DNA from: Polyangiales bacterium
GTDB lineage: Bacteria > Myxococcota_A > Polyangia > Polyangiales > Houyiibacteriaceae
DNA length: 38,346 nt
Direction of reading: 5' to 3'
NCBI GenBank assembly: GCA_041581895.1
Contig: JBFICQ010000002.1
Coordinates: 1 to 38,346, forward strand
Part shown: positions 15,118-22,603 of the stretch, one piece after another
How the letters are laid out: each line of letters starts with the position of its first letter
How positions within the stretch are numbered: the stretch's first letter is position 1
Made by a program: the position numbers and the translations under genes
Notes under the pieces: generated by a model
The model's input: only the letters and a program-made list of their open reading frames with translations
Database searches by the model: none
Told to the model about the DNA's origin: nothing

Positions 15118-16200
15118 CTACCACCGGGCGCGGGCGGTATAGAGCGGCAGATCCAGGATCGACAGCACGCCAGGGTCGGCTGCGCAGACCGCCGGAATGG
15201 CGTTGACAACCCGCATCGCCGTCCCGGTCACTATTCCGGTGTTGTGATCGCCGTCGTCGCCTTTGACGTGAATCTCGCAGTTGAAGTCGGGAGAGCCTTC
15301 GATCTCGATGCGGTAACCGGACTTGTCGTCGCTCAAGCGCTCCCATTGCGGCGCGATATCGGGCCGCAGGCGCTGTGTGTGCGACGAAATCACCACGGGC
15401 TGACCCTTGCGGATGCCTCGAACTTCGAACCGCACACCAGCGCACATGCCCTCTTCGATGGTCCCCATGTCGGTTTCGAAGGAGTCGGGCGCGGGAACGC
15501 GCTCGCTCTCTTCGCGGATCTCGTCGAGCTCGAAGCCCAATGCATCAGCAACGAGCTCGATCACACTGCCCCAACCCGCCTTGATGGCGCCTGGATAGAA
15601 CATCGGGGCTTTGAAATCGAGTGAATGCCCAAATCCGAAAAATTCACCGGTGAAGCTCGGATCTGCATAAGTCGAGTAGTCCATCACCTCAGAAACACGC
15701 ACCGAGTCGACGCGCTCACACCCAGCCGCAAGGATCAATGGGATCAGGTCGCCCGTGAACCCGGGATCGAAACCCGAGGTGTAAAAGCTGACTTGGTTCG
15801 CCGCGCAGGCCTCTGAGAGCGGGCCGGTGAGCTTTCTGCTGGCGAAAGGCGGGTAGACCATCGACACCACCGCAGTGTTGGCGATGTTCTTTCCCGAGCT
15901 CAAGATCCGCAACCAATCATCGAGCGCTTCGTAGACTCGGGTCTCGCCGATCGCCATGTAACAGACACAGTCGGCGTCGAGTGACAAAAGGGCTCCGGTA
16001 TCGTCGGTGGCGATGATGCCCGTTTTCTCGCCGAGCCCACAGAGCTCGGCGGCATCTTTGCCGACCTTGTCCCCGGAGTGCGCGTGCACCCCAACTAGCT
16101 CGAGGCCAGGGTGACTCAAGATGCCCCGAAGAGCGCGATATCCGACATTGCCCGTTCCCCACTGGATCACGCGTAGGGGCTTGTTGGCACCAGCCGTCAT
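15118..16200 (-). CDS. DapB-N-like NAD(P) oxidoreductase (native amine dehydrogenase / 2,4-diaminopentanoate dehydrogenase family-like)
   Basis: LRVIQWGTGNVGYRALRGILSHPGLELVGVHAHSGDKVGKDAAELCGL matches the remembered N-terminus of this family. The ATG lies 2 nt after the upstream dioxygenase stop. Confidence 0.55.
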   Translation of the reverse strand: MTAGANKPLRVIQWGTGNVGYRALRGILSHPGLELVGVHAHSGDKVGKDAAELCGLGEKTGIIATDDTGALLSLDADCVCYMAIGETRVYEALDDWLRILSSGKNIANTAVVSMVYPPFASRKLTGPLSEACAANQVSFYTSGFDPGFTGDLIPLILAAGCERVDSVRVSEVMDYSTYADPSFTGEFFGFGHSLDFKAPMFYPGAIKAGWGSVIELVADALGFELDEIREESERVPAPDSFETDMGTIEEGMCAGVRFEVRGIRKGQPVVISSHTQRLRPDIAPQWERLSDDKSGYRIEIEGSPDFNCEIHVKGDDGDHNTGIVTGTAMRVVNAIPAVCAADPGVLSILDLPLYTARARW

Positions 16201-16202
16201 GG

Positions 16203-17126
16203 TCAGCTCTTTTTCTCTCGCTCCTGCTTGGCTCTTTTATAAGCCTTGGTGAGAAGCTGTGGCGGGTGATGCCCCCACTCGCTCACTTTTGGGTGGATGA
16301 CGGGTTTCCATGTCTCGTCGTCGACCTCGACGCCGCCGTACCCGAACTCGAAGTGAAACCCCGACGGCGTGTAGCCGTAGAACGAGAACATCTTGTCGTT
16401 GGGATGGCGTCCGAGGGTCTGGTGAACCATCCCGCCCGAAAACAGGAAGCGGTCATAGCAGAGCCCCACTTCATCCATCGCGCCGGCCTGCACCATGAAG
16501 TGATGAATCCGCTTGCCGTGACCCTCGCCGAACGCGAACGAGTGATGCCGCGCATTGGCGTGCATGAAGGTCACGTCGATCTGGTGGCCGAAGTACTCGC
16601 AACGGATGTAGTCACTCAGCTTGAGGCCGAGCATGTTCGCGTAAAAGGCCTCGTGCTCTTTGGCGTTCTTCGAAGCGACGACCACGTGGCCCAGCCCCTG
16701 TTCGTCCGCGACGAATCCCGAGCGAACGACCTCTGAAACGAAAGGCTCCTCGGACATTTTCGGACCGTGGTAGAGCTCGCAAGGATTGCCAGCCGGGTCT
16801 TGGAACCGAGCCAGCGCGTCGACGTTTCGATGTGCCGCATCTTCGGGGCTGGCTTGCGTCACTTCATGCCCCGCAGCTTTCAAACGCCCGATTACCGCCT
16901 CGAACGCTTCGGAGCTGTCGACTTCCCAACCGGCCGCGGCGAGATCGTCAGCGGGCCCGGGTTCGATGAAAAAACGTTGAAAATGGCGGTCCATGCGTAG
17001 CCCAAAGCCTTGCTCGCCTTTGTCGCCCACGATGCCTAGGCCCAGAATCTTCGTGCCGAAGTCTCTCCATGCTGCGAGGTCGCTCACCTCGAAGACCAGA
17101 TACCCCAACTGCGACACACCGCTCAT
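16203..17126 (-). CDS. Type I extradiol ring-cleavage dioxygenase (BphC/HsaC-like, VOC superfamily)
   Basis: MSGVSQLGYLVFEVSDLAAWRDFGTKILGLGIV...FQDPAGNPCELYHGP is collinear with the BphC N-terminus (SIRSLGYMGFAVSDVAAWRSF...). The second domain contains LGHVVV...HHSFAF...HHF. A GGAGG RBS precedes the ATG at 17126. Confidence 0.8.
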   Translation of the reverse strand: MSGVSQLGYLVFEVSDLAAWRDFGTKILGLGIVGDKGEQGFGLRMDRHFQRFFIEPGPADDLAAAGWEVDSSEAFEAVIGRLKAAGHEVTQASPEDAAHRNVDALARFQDPAGNPCELYHGPKMSEEPFVSEVVRSGFVADEQGLGHVVVASKNAKEHEAFYANMLGLKLSDYIRCEYFGHQIDVTFMHANARHHSFAFGEGHGKRIHHFMVQAGAMDEVGLCYDRFLFSGGMVHQTLGRHPNDKMFSFYGYTPSGFHFEFGYGGVEVDDETWKPVIHPKVSEWGHHPPQLLTKAYKRAKQEREKKS

Positions 17127-17186
17127 TTGCCTTGCCTCCGCGCGGAGCATAGTACGTCGTCACAGTCTCGCACGGAGAAAGGAACC

Positions 17187-17960
17187 ATGACGGAGCTCCT
17201 GGAACTTCAAGGGAAGGTCGTCGTCGTCACTGGCGGCACGATGGGCGCTGGGAAGGGAATCGCCCTTCGCTTCCTCGAAATGGGCGCCCATGTGATCATC
17301 TGTGCACGGAACGAGCCCGCGACGCCGTTAACAGCCGAAGGTCGCGGGGCTCTCTTCATCGCGGCCAATGTGCGCAAGCTCGAAGACCTCGACCGGGTCA
17401 TCGAAGAGGTGATGCAGCGCTACGGGCGCCTCGATGTGCTCATCAACAACGCCGGCGGGTCACCTCCAGCCGACGCGGCAACGGCTTCGCCGCGGTTCTC
17501 AGCTGCAATCATTGAGCTCAACCTGATCGCGCCACTCAACTTCGCGCAGAAGGCAAATGCCATCATGCAGAAGCAAGACAGCGGGGGCTGCATCATCAAC
17601 ATCGGAAGTGTGAGCGGACTTCGTCCCTCCCCCGAAACCGCCGCTTATGGAGCGGCCAAGGCCGGCCTTCTCAACTTGACCACATCGCTCGCCGTGGAGT
17701 GGGCGCCCAAAGTTCGCGTCAACGCGATCGCCGCGGGCATGATCCTCACCGAGAAGGCAGAGCTACATTTCGGCAAGGGGGGAGTGCGCGAAGCGGTCGA
17801 GAAGACGGCACCGATGGGACGGATGGCGCTCCCGAAAGACGTCGCCGACGCGTGCCTGTTCCTCGCGTCGCCACTTGCGAGCTATATCACTGGCGCGAGC
17901 ATTCTTCTTCACGGCGGCGGCGAATGGCCGGCGTTTCTCCGAGCTTCCCAGGCAGAGTGA
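17187..17960 (+). CDS. Short-chain dehydrogenase/reductase (SDR)
   Basis: The gene starts at MTELLELQGKVVVVTGGTMGAGKGIAL and has NNAGGS and YGAAKAGLLNL (YxxxK). A GAGAAAGGA RBS lies upstream. The track ORF start at 17127 overlaps the divergent dioxygenase promoter region. Confidence 0.8.
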   Translation: MTELLELQGKVVVVTGGTMGAGKGIALRFLEMGAHVIICARNEPATPLTAEGRGALFIAANVRKLEDLDRVIEEVMQRYGRLDVLINNAGGSPPADAATASPRFSAAIIELNLIAPLNFAQKANAIMQKQDSGGCIINIGSVSGLRPSPETAAYGAAKAGLLNLTTSLAVEWAPKVRVNAIAAGMILTEKAELHFGKGGVREAVEKTAPMGRMALPKDVADACLFLASPLASYITGASILLHGGGEWPAFLRASQAE

Positions 17961-18040
17961 GCAGGATTGCCGGGGCCTTCGGCACCTTGGTTAGTTGCAG
18001 CTTGCGGAATCGGGCTGCAAGCGCCACCTTCGCAGACCAA

Positions 18041-18775
18041 ATGGAGTCTGACATTCAACCCTCTCTCGCGGTCGAAGGTGTCGAGGACCAAGCGCACGGG
18101 CTCGCGATCCCGGCTTGGACGTTCATGATCGCCTTCATCGTCGGCGGCACGTCCTTTCACATCTGGCTGCACCACACCGTCCGCGAAACATACAACGTGC
18201 ACCAGATTGGCCTGATCTTCTTTTTGATGGTCAATCTCTTGGTGAACTTCTGGGAGATCGGCCTCTTCGTTTGCAAAGACCAAATCCGCGACGAATACGA
18301 AGCCACCAAAGACGCATATCGAGGACGCGAAACCGAGCGCTTCAGTGAGATGTTCCGAAAACGCATTCCGGTTCTGAAGCTGCTCTCCTTTGGCCAATGG
18401 ACCGAGGTTTGGTCGAGTTACGCGCTCTTCGACCCCGGCTATGCGAGCCGTAGCTCGTTTGGGTTCAATATCGATTTCGGCAACGGCTGGTCGACGCCGA
18501 TCTTCGCGGGGCTTTTCGCTTTCGGCATGACCTTTGAGCTCATGCCCGCGCGCATCCTCGGCATCATCGGCGTGATCATGTTCTGGCAGATGTTCTACGG
18601 AACCATTGTGTACTTTTTTCAGTTCTTCAATGCCGGGCGACACAAAGGCCACTCACTTGGAACGCTGGTTTTGTTCATAGGGACTAGCAACGGCCTGTGG
18701 TTCGTCTTCCCGCTCTGGGGTCTTGCCCTCAGCATCCAGATGATTCTCAACGACTCCTACAGCCTCTTCTTCTGA
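18041..18775 (+). CDS. EXPERA-domain-like membrane protein (emopamil-binding protein / sterol delta8-delta7 isomerase-like)
   Basis: The 244-aa polytopic protein is collinear with remembered human EBP blocks. NFWEIGLFV aligns with [39 protein letters not shown] aligns with [56 protein letters not shown]...[11 protein letters not shown] aligns with [22 protein letters not shown]...NALWLVLPG. The match is divergent, with Asp where EBP has Glu in the CMET block. The start is at MESDIQ (18041), and the upstream part of the track ORF overlaps the SDR. Confidence 0.5.
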   Translation: [244 protein letters not shown]

Positions 18776-18789
18776 GGGCTGTCTGTCTC

Positions 18790-19599
18790 TCAGATCGGGC
18801 CGAAGAGCGCCGCAGCGAAGTCCAACAAGAAGAGCATGATGAGACCCGCAGCGCAGGCCGCCCCCGCCGTCATCGTCAAGCTCCAGTTGGCGCTTTGTTT
18901 CTCGTCGAGTTGATAGAAGATCGGAAAGCTTGCGATGAAGTAGAGCGAGTAGAAAAGCGAGCCGTAGGCCAGCATGCGGTCCACGTCTTTGTAATGAAAC
19001 TGAGTGGCGATCCACGGGTTTGCCATCGTCCGCGTTTCCATCCATGCCCAACAATAGGCGACCACGACGACGAATACCGGCCAGATCACGCTCCCAAATG
19101 GAAGCCCCGAGGTGCGAAGCCGGCGCAACACGACGACTGCTGTGGTGTGATAGGTGATGAAGTACGCCTGCGTCAGAAAGTACATCATGACCGGCACGCG
19201 TTGTTCCCCCGAGCCCACGAGTGTGGAATCGAGATTGAGCTCGATCATTGGGTAGTCGTAGACCATCCCGAGGATGTCGAAGAAGTACTCCGAGCCGAAA
19301 TAGTTCGCGGCAAGGCCGAAGATCGCAATGTAGAGATTGGCTTTGAACCAATACGTCTGGTACCAGGCTCTCCCGTGCGGTCTTTCGTCGCGAATCAAGG
19401 CTGGCACGACCACCAGCGGAAGCGCCACGGCCAACCCGATGATGAAAAAGCCCCATTCCCCGATGCGATCGGTGATCCCCAGAGCCATCACCAGGCCGAT
19501 CAGGGCCATCCAGATCGGCGAGTAGATCAGAAAGAACTTTTCGCCCCACGCTTTGCTCGCGTTTTCGGAGAACCAACGGGGCATCCTAAGCTCGGACAT
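18790..19599 (-). CDS. Cycloeucalenol cycloisomerase (plant CPI1)-like membrane protein
   Basis: The protein resembles remembered Arabidopsis CPI1 along its length. WFSENASKAWGEKFFLIYSPIWMAL aligns with LAANPSKRWGELFFLFYTPFWLTL. WYQTYWFKANLYIAIFGLAANYFGSEYFFDILG aligns with WKDRYWVKANLWIIVFSYVGNYFWTHYFFKVLG. YFLTQAYFITYHTTAVVVLRRLR aligns with FFLTHVCFLFYHVASNITLRRLR. YGSLFYSLYFIASFPIFYQLDEK aligns with VGCLFYAIYFIVSFPMFFRMDEK. The C-terminal LDFAAALFGPI aligns with LDLWRLFLGPI. The start is either ATG 19599 or ATG 19584. Confidence 0.8.
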   Translation of the reverse strand: MSELRMPRWFSENASKAWGEKFFLIYSPIWMALIGLVMALGITDRIGEWGFFIIGLAVALPLVVVPALIRDERPHGRAWYQTYWFKANLYIAIFGLAANYFGSEYFFDILGMVYDYPMIELNLDSTLVGSGEQRVPVMMYFLTQAYFITYHTTAVVVLRRLRTSGLPFGSVIWPVFVVVVAYCWAWMETRTMANPWIATQFHYKDVDRMLAYGSLFYSLYFIASFPIFYQLDEKQSANWSLTMTAGAACAAGLIMLFLLDFAAALFGPI

Positions 19600-19663
19600 C
19601 GATGGTCGGAAGCTAGAATAGGATTCTTTCTCTTTGCAACTTTGTTTTATGCTCCCTGCAAGC

Positions 19664-20674
19664 ATGCACGGACCCGCCCAAGGCCCTCGACCAAAGCTCC
19701 CGATGCCTTCCGGTTGGTTTCGCATCGCAACGAGCGAAGACGTTCACGCGGGGCACGTAGGTATCTTTCAGATCAACGGCCAAGAAGTCGTCGCTTTTCG
19801 CGAGGAGCAGGGTGCGGTGACCGTCGTCGACCCGATCTGTCCTCACATGGGCGCGCATCTCGGTTACGGAGGGCGCGTGGTCGACGGTGCCCTACGGTGT
19901 CCGTTTCACGGGCTGCGATTTGGCCCGGACGGAAAGTGCATCGGCACCGAGTATCCCGGCGATCCTGAGGTGGACCTTAGCCTCCGCACCTGGCCGGTCA
20001 TGGAGCAGCTTGGCTGCATCTTCGTCTATGCGGGCAACGGAGCCGCACCTACGTGGGAGCTTCCTGAGTACGACACCGCCGGGTGGAGCAAACCGATCAC
20101 CAAAGTGTTGGTTCTCAAGGGCCACATCCAGGACATCGCCGAGAACGCGGTCGACTTCGGTCATTTCGCCGCAGTCCATCAATACTCGGACCTGTCAGAT
20201 CCGACGTTGCAAATTGACGGTCCGCGTCTGCACTCAAAGTTTGGATCCACACGGGCAAATCCGTTCTTTCCCAAGGGTGAGATTCAATCGATCTTCGACA
20301 CCGATGTGCATGGCCTCGGTCTCTCGGTGACGGACCTACGGGTACCGAAGCTAGGCATTCACTACCGCGTTCTACTCACGGCGACCCAGCTCGACGCGGA
20401 GAACATGTCTTTTGGCATTGGCGTGAGCTCCGAGTATCCCCCGCCGTTCGTCCCCAAAGCGATGCGCAACCTGCGACTGCCTTGGCGGGCCGTAACTCAC
20501 GCGCAAATGCGCATCGTACATCGATATGTCATTCGCGATGTGCTGCAAGACAAGGAGATTTGGGAGCACAGGGTCCCGATAGAGAGCCCCGCCCTAATCC
20601 CAGGCGACGGCCCTATTGCGAAGTTCCGACGCTGGGTGAAGCAGTTCTATCCAAGAGACTGGGGAGCGCGCTGA
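19664..20674 (+). CDS. Rieske [2Fe-2S] non-heme-iron oxygenase, alpha-subunit-only type (KshA / Neverland / SdmA-like class)
   Basis: CPHMGAHL-(x17 between His and Cys)-CPFHGLRF is the Rieske motif. ENAVDFGHFAAVH is the mononuclear Fe ligand motif. The C-terminal KEIWEHRVPIESPALIPGDGPIAKFRRWVKQFY is typical of the steroid-acting KshA/Neverland clade. Start options are ATG 19649, 19664 and 19703. Confidence 0.8.
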   Translation: MHGPAQGPRPKLPMPSGWFRIATSEDVHAGHVGIFQINGQEVVAFREEQGAVTVVDPICPHMGAHLGYGGRVVDGALRCPFHGLRFGPDGKCIGTEYPGDPEVDLSLRTWPVMEQLGCIFVYAGNGAAPTWELPEYDTAGWSKPITKVLVLKGHIQDIAENAVDFGHFAAVHQYSDLSDPTLQIDGPRLHSKFGSTRANPFFPKGEIQSIFDTDVHGLGLSVTDLRVPKLGIHYRVLLTATQLDAENMSFGIGVSSEYPPPFVPKAMRNLRLPWRAVTHAQMRIVHRYVIRDVLQDKEIWEHRVPIESPALIPGDGPIAKFRRWVKQFYPRDWGAR

Positions 20675-20683
20675 GACATGCTG

Positions 20684-21481
20684 CTATCGACAGGGGCCCT
20701 CGGCAGGCGGTGGGCAGTAGCCGATGGCAAGCCAGTCCATCGTCATGGCGACTCCGACGTGAATCACGACACCTCCCCAAATCGAGCGGAGACGCATCGC
20801 GAGTGTCCCGAGAGCAATACCGGCAAGAATGGCGCCCAGCGTTTCGGGGATGGGCTTCGGATAGTGGATCATGCAGTAGGGCACGATCATCACGAAGATT
20901 GCACCGTAGCCAAACTTGTGACTCAACCCCTTGAGCATGTAACCCCGAAAGAAGAACTCGAGGGCCAGGAACTGCAGCGCATAGAGAACCTGCCACCGAA
21001 GAAAGTGCCCTAACGACTGATTCGCGTACCTGTAAAAGGGGTAGGTGTGTTGAAAAGAATCGAACTGGGAAGCAAAGAGCACAAACGGCAAGACGAGGAG
21101 ATATAGGCCGACGTAGATCCACATGTGCTTGATGAAGCCCCTAAACGAAATGAAGTAGTCCCTCACGCGCTCGCCCGGCATCAGCCAGATCGTGATGATT
21201 GGAATGACCACGTACGTCACGCATCGGGCGAACGTCCACCAGGCTCGAACCATCAGGTCCCAATCCTCCTTCGAATAGGCTCTTCGGCCTTCGGGAACCA
21301 ACTTCGAAAAGGTGTCCGAGCCGCCGTAATAGCGGGCGAGGGTCAAGGTGACGGCCGTGGTGACGAGCACTACGATGGGGCGCCAGTCGAATTGCCCCGC
21401 CCGAGCCGTGTCGGCCTGGGCATCCGCTTCCTGCCAAGAATCGAGCAAAGCCCGGCGCAAGAGCCGGCTAAAGATGTTCAT
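20684..21481 (-). CDS. CPBP-family intramembrane glutamic endopeptidase (CAAX protease/Abi-like)
   Basis: This polytopic membrane protein has [10 protein letters not shown] (E-xxx-R motif) and the later His motifs CMIHYPKP and [12 protein letters not shown]. Confidence 0.65.
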   Translation of the reverse strand: MNIFSRLLRRALLDSWQEADAQADTARAGQFDWRPIVVLVTTAVTLTLARYYGGSDTFSKLVPEGRRAYSKEDWDLMVRAWWTFARCVTYVVIPIITIWLMPGERVRDYFISFRGFIKHMWIYVGLYLLVLPFVLFASQFDSFQHTYPFYRYANQSLGHFLRWQVLYALQFLALEFFFRGYMLKGLSHKFGYGAIFVMIVPYCMIHYPKPIPETLGAILAGIALGTLAMRLRSIWGGVVIHVGVAMTMDWLAIGYCPPPAEGPCR

Positions 21482-21604
21482 GTGTGCTTTCCACCAACGT
21501 CATCTGCGGCTAAATGAGCGAATCGGCCGTTGGACTGGCAGGCGCTCGGGGCGCGGGACTATAACCGATGGTCGGGCTTGTTTGTAGGATAAGCTGAGGA
21601 CACC

Positions 21605-22603
21605 GTGGCGACGGCGAGAGACAACCGATTCAAGAGTGGCATCGTGCTCGCGACCCTGGCGCTTTGCGCGTTTTTCCTGGCCGAAGGGGCAACCGCCCTG
21701 CTGGGAGCCAAGGCGTTCCGGGAAGACTCGGGCGTGCAGCCTGCCTGGCCCCGCTCAAGGACGCCTGCCACGTTCACACGCAACCGGCACGACCCGGCGG
21801 TGATCTTGAGGCGCAACATCTTCAATTCGGAGCTCGGCGATCTGACGAAGGCTCCGGCCACGGAGGCAGACGCCGCGCTCGTCGAGGGCGAGCTCATCCT
21901 CGAAGAGGGTGAAACGGTCGATCGGTGCGTATCGAGATTGCGATTGTCCGGAACTGCGGTCGTGCCCGGTGATTTCGAGCGCTCACTCGCCGTGATCGTC
22001 GGATCTGATCTAAAAGCCATGGTCTATCAGGGCGCCGCGACCGTCGAGGACTCTACGATTCGTGCGATTCACTCCGATAGCGTGTTGCTGCAATCCGGTG
22101 CCACCGTCTGCAGATTGGCCATGTTCGATGGTGTGGAGCCTGTGGGCAGATTTACGCCCAAGAAGGCAGCAGACATCAAAAAAGCCGCCAAGAAGCCTTC
22201 GGACAAGAGAAAACGGCGCGGGGTGGACCGAAACGCAGGCCTGAGCGACGACGAGATCGCTCAAGGCATCGAAAGGGTGAACGACACCAACTACAACATC
22301 CGACGCACCCTCTTGAACAAGGTGCTCGACAATGCAGGCAAGCTGATCGGGATCGCAGCCGTTGCTCCGAAGATGGAGGGCGGCAAGTCGGTCGGGATGG
22401 AGATCCGAGGTATTCGCCCTGGCACGTTGCTCACGAAGCTCGGCATCAAGAACAGCGATGTGCTCGAAAGTGTCAACGGGCAGCCCCTTTCGGGCCCCGA
22501 TTCCGCGCTCGACGCCTACACTACGCTACGAACGTCCGACAAGTTCACCCTTTCCGTCCAGCGAGACGGTAAGTCGGTGTTGATCACCTACAATCTCAAC
22601 TAG
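21605..22603 (+). CDS. Single-pass membrane protein with C-terminal PDZ domain, GspC-like
   Basis: The gene has a GTG start and an N-terminal TM (IVLATLALCAFFLAEGA). The C-terminal region SVGMEIRGIRPGTLLTKLGIKNSDVLESVNGQPLSGPDSALDAYTTL is PDZ-like, as in type II secretion GspC. No other gsp genes are present in the window. Confidence 0.45.
   Translation: MATARDNRFKSGIVLATLALCAFFLAEGATALLGAKAFREDSGVQPAWPRSRTPATFTRNRHDPAVILRRNIFNSELGDLTKAPATEADAALVEGELILEEGETVDRCVSRLRLSGTAVVPGDFERSLAVIVGSDLKAMVYQGAATVEDSTIRAIHSDSVLLQSGATVCRLAMFDGVEPVGRFTPKKAADIKKAAKKPSDKRKRRGVDRNAGLSDDEIAQGIERVNDTNYNIRRTLLNKVLDNAGKLIGIAAVAPKMEGGKSVGMEIRGIRPGTLLTKLGIKNSDVLESVNGQPLSGPDSALDAYTTLRTSDKFTLSVQRDGKSVLITYNLN

Noticed and set aside
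18653-19968. 307-aa (-) and 423-aa (+) ORFs overlapping the CPI-like gene
   Set aside because: Both are Arg/His/Asp/Gly-rich with no TM or domain signature. The third option, frame 18790-19599 (-), gives a near full-length CPI1-like membrane protein, so these two are shadow frames.
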